This document shows, one piece after another, positions 63,234-64,000 of a DNA stretch of 64,000 nucleotides (position 1 is the first letter of the stretch; each line of letters begins with the position of its first letter). The stretch spans positions 32,001 to 96,000 of the forward strand of contig CAWJTV010000018.1 of NCBI GenBank assembly GCA_963845755.1. The letters are read 5' to 3'. The DNA comes from an uncultured Planctomycetota bacterium (lineage in GTDB: Bacteria > Planctomycetota > Planctomycetia > Isosphaerales > Isosphaeraceae). The position numbers and the translations under genes are program-made. The notes beneath the pieces are model-generated. The model saw only the letters and a program-made list of their open reading frames with translations. It did not search any database and had not been told where the DNA came from.

Positions 63234-64000
63234 GCATCACGTTGGGCATCGACATCGGGACCTCGGGGACCAAGACGCTGGCGATTGATGAGACGGGGGC
63301 GATCCTTGCGTCGGCGACGCTCGAGTATCCCTGCGACCATCCGCGGCCAGGGTGGTCCGAGCAGCAGCCGGAATTCTGGTGGAATGCCACCGTCCAGACG
63401 GTGAAGCAAGTCCTAGGCTCGGGCAAGTTCCGCCCGGAGGACGTGGCCGGGCTCGGGCTGAGCGGGCAGATGCACGGCTCGGTCTTCCTCGACGCGGCGG
63501 GTCGGGTCATCCGCCCGGCCCTGCTGTGGAACGACCAGAGGACAGCGGCCGAATGCCGGGAGATCGAGGAGAAGGCGGGAGGTCGCGAGGCCCTGATCCG
63601 CCTGGTCGCCAACCCGGCCTTGACGGGATTCACCGCGCCCAAGCTGCTGTGGGTCCGCACGCACGAGCCCCGGAATTGGGACCAGGTCCGCCAGGTCTTG
63701 TTGCCGAAGGACTATGTCCGCTACCGGCTGACCGGGACGTATGCCACCGAGGTGAGCGACGCGTCGGGGACGCTGTTGCTCGACGTCGCCAACCGTCGAT
63801 GGAGCCGCGAGCTGCTCGGCAAGCTCGAGATCGACCCGGCGCTCTTGCCTCCCTGTTACGAGAGCGCGGAGGTCTCGGCCAGGGTGAGCGAGCTGGGCTC
63901 GATGGCGACCGGCCTGCCGACCGGGACGCCGGTGGTCGGCGGGGGCGGCGACCAGCCGGCCGGCGCGGTCGGCAACGGGATCGTTCGCCAGGGGGTGGTT
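63230..64000 (+). CDS. xylB: Xylulokinase (FGGY kinase), 3' partial
   Basis: Read from DNA: LGIDIGTSGTK, GWSEQ, GLSGQMHG, LLWNDQRT, GFTAPKLLW, LLPKDY, SDASGT, GGGDQ. Confidence 0.9.
   Translation, partial: MSITLGIDIGTSGTKTLAIDETGAILASATLEYPCDHPRPGWSEQQPEFWWNATVQTVKQVLGSGKFRPEDVAGLGLSGQMHGSVFLDAAGRVIRPALLWNDQRTAAECREIEEKAGGREALIRLVANPALTGFTAPKLLWVRTHEPRNWDQVRQVLLPKDYVRYRLTGTYATEVSDASGTLLLDVANRRWSRELLGKLEIDPALLPPCYESAEVSARVSELGSMATGLPTGTPVVGGGGDQPAGAVGNGIVRQGVV

Noticed and set aside
1..64000. Mass pseudogenisation or programmed frameshifting
   Set aside because: Single-base shifts hit many unrelated genes, including cytochrome b and an antitoxin beside an intact toxin. Long-read indel error is more likely, though reads are needed to confirm.
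1..64000. tRNA or rRNA genes
   Set aside because: None recognised by eye; tRNAscan-SE or barrnap would be needed to exclude them.

Overview
GC-rich bacterial DNA with Planctomycetota hallmarks: a DUF1549/1553 plus DUF1501 pair, a PEP-CTERM protein, an LExR.LL planctomycete leader and a kinase-FGE fusion. An Isosphaeraceae-like source is an inference. Single-base frameshifts are scattered through many otherwise intact genes, which suggests uncorrected long-read indels. Bases 1-43.2 kb are mostly core or lineage-typical genes plus an AAA-ATPase/HNH (Septu-like) pair. Bases 43.9-57.7 kb are an integron: a truncated intI N-terminus, Pc and attI candidates, and about 20 same-strand cassettes bounded mostly by homogeneous 57-61 bp attC sites. 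The main discovery is two IS110-family elements, both inserted antisense at the CT dinucleotide of an attC R'' box. The complete copy has a CT core duplication, a promoter formed only at the circle junction, and a structured downstream non-coding region holding 7-mers identical to both insertion junctions, making it a candidate attC-targeting bridge/seek RNA recombinase. Cassette cargo includes stand-alone EF-Tu domain II-like, EF-Tu domain III-like and S1-like proteins, a PemK/MazF toxin-antitoxin pair, RusA plus a REase-HEPN protein, a ParB-like pair and an NTF2-fold immunity lipoprotein. The window ends with DUF2252 and a MetE-like/MBL hydrolase/xylB operon. All family calls come from motif recognition by eye, not database searches.
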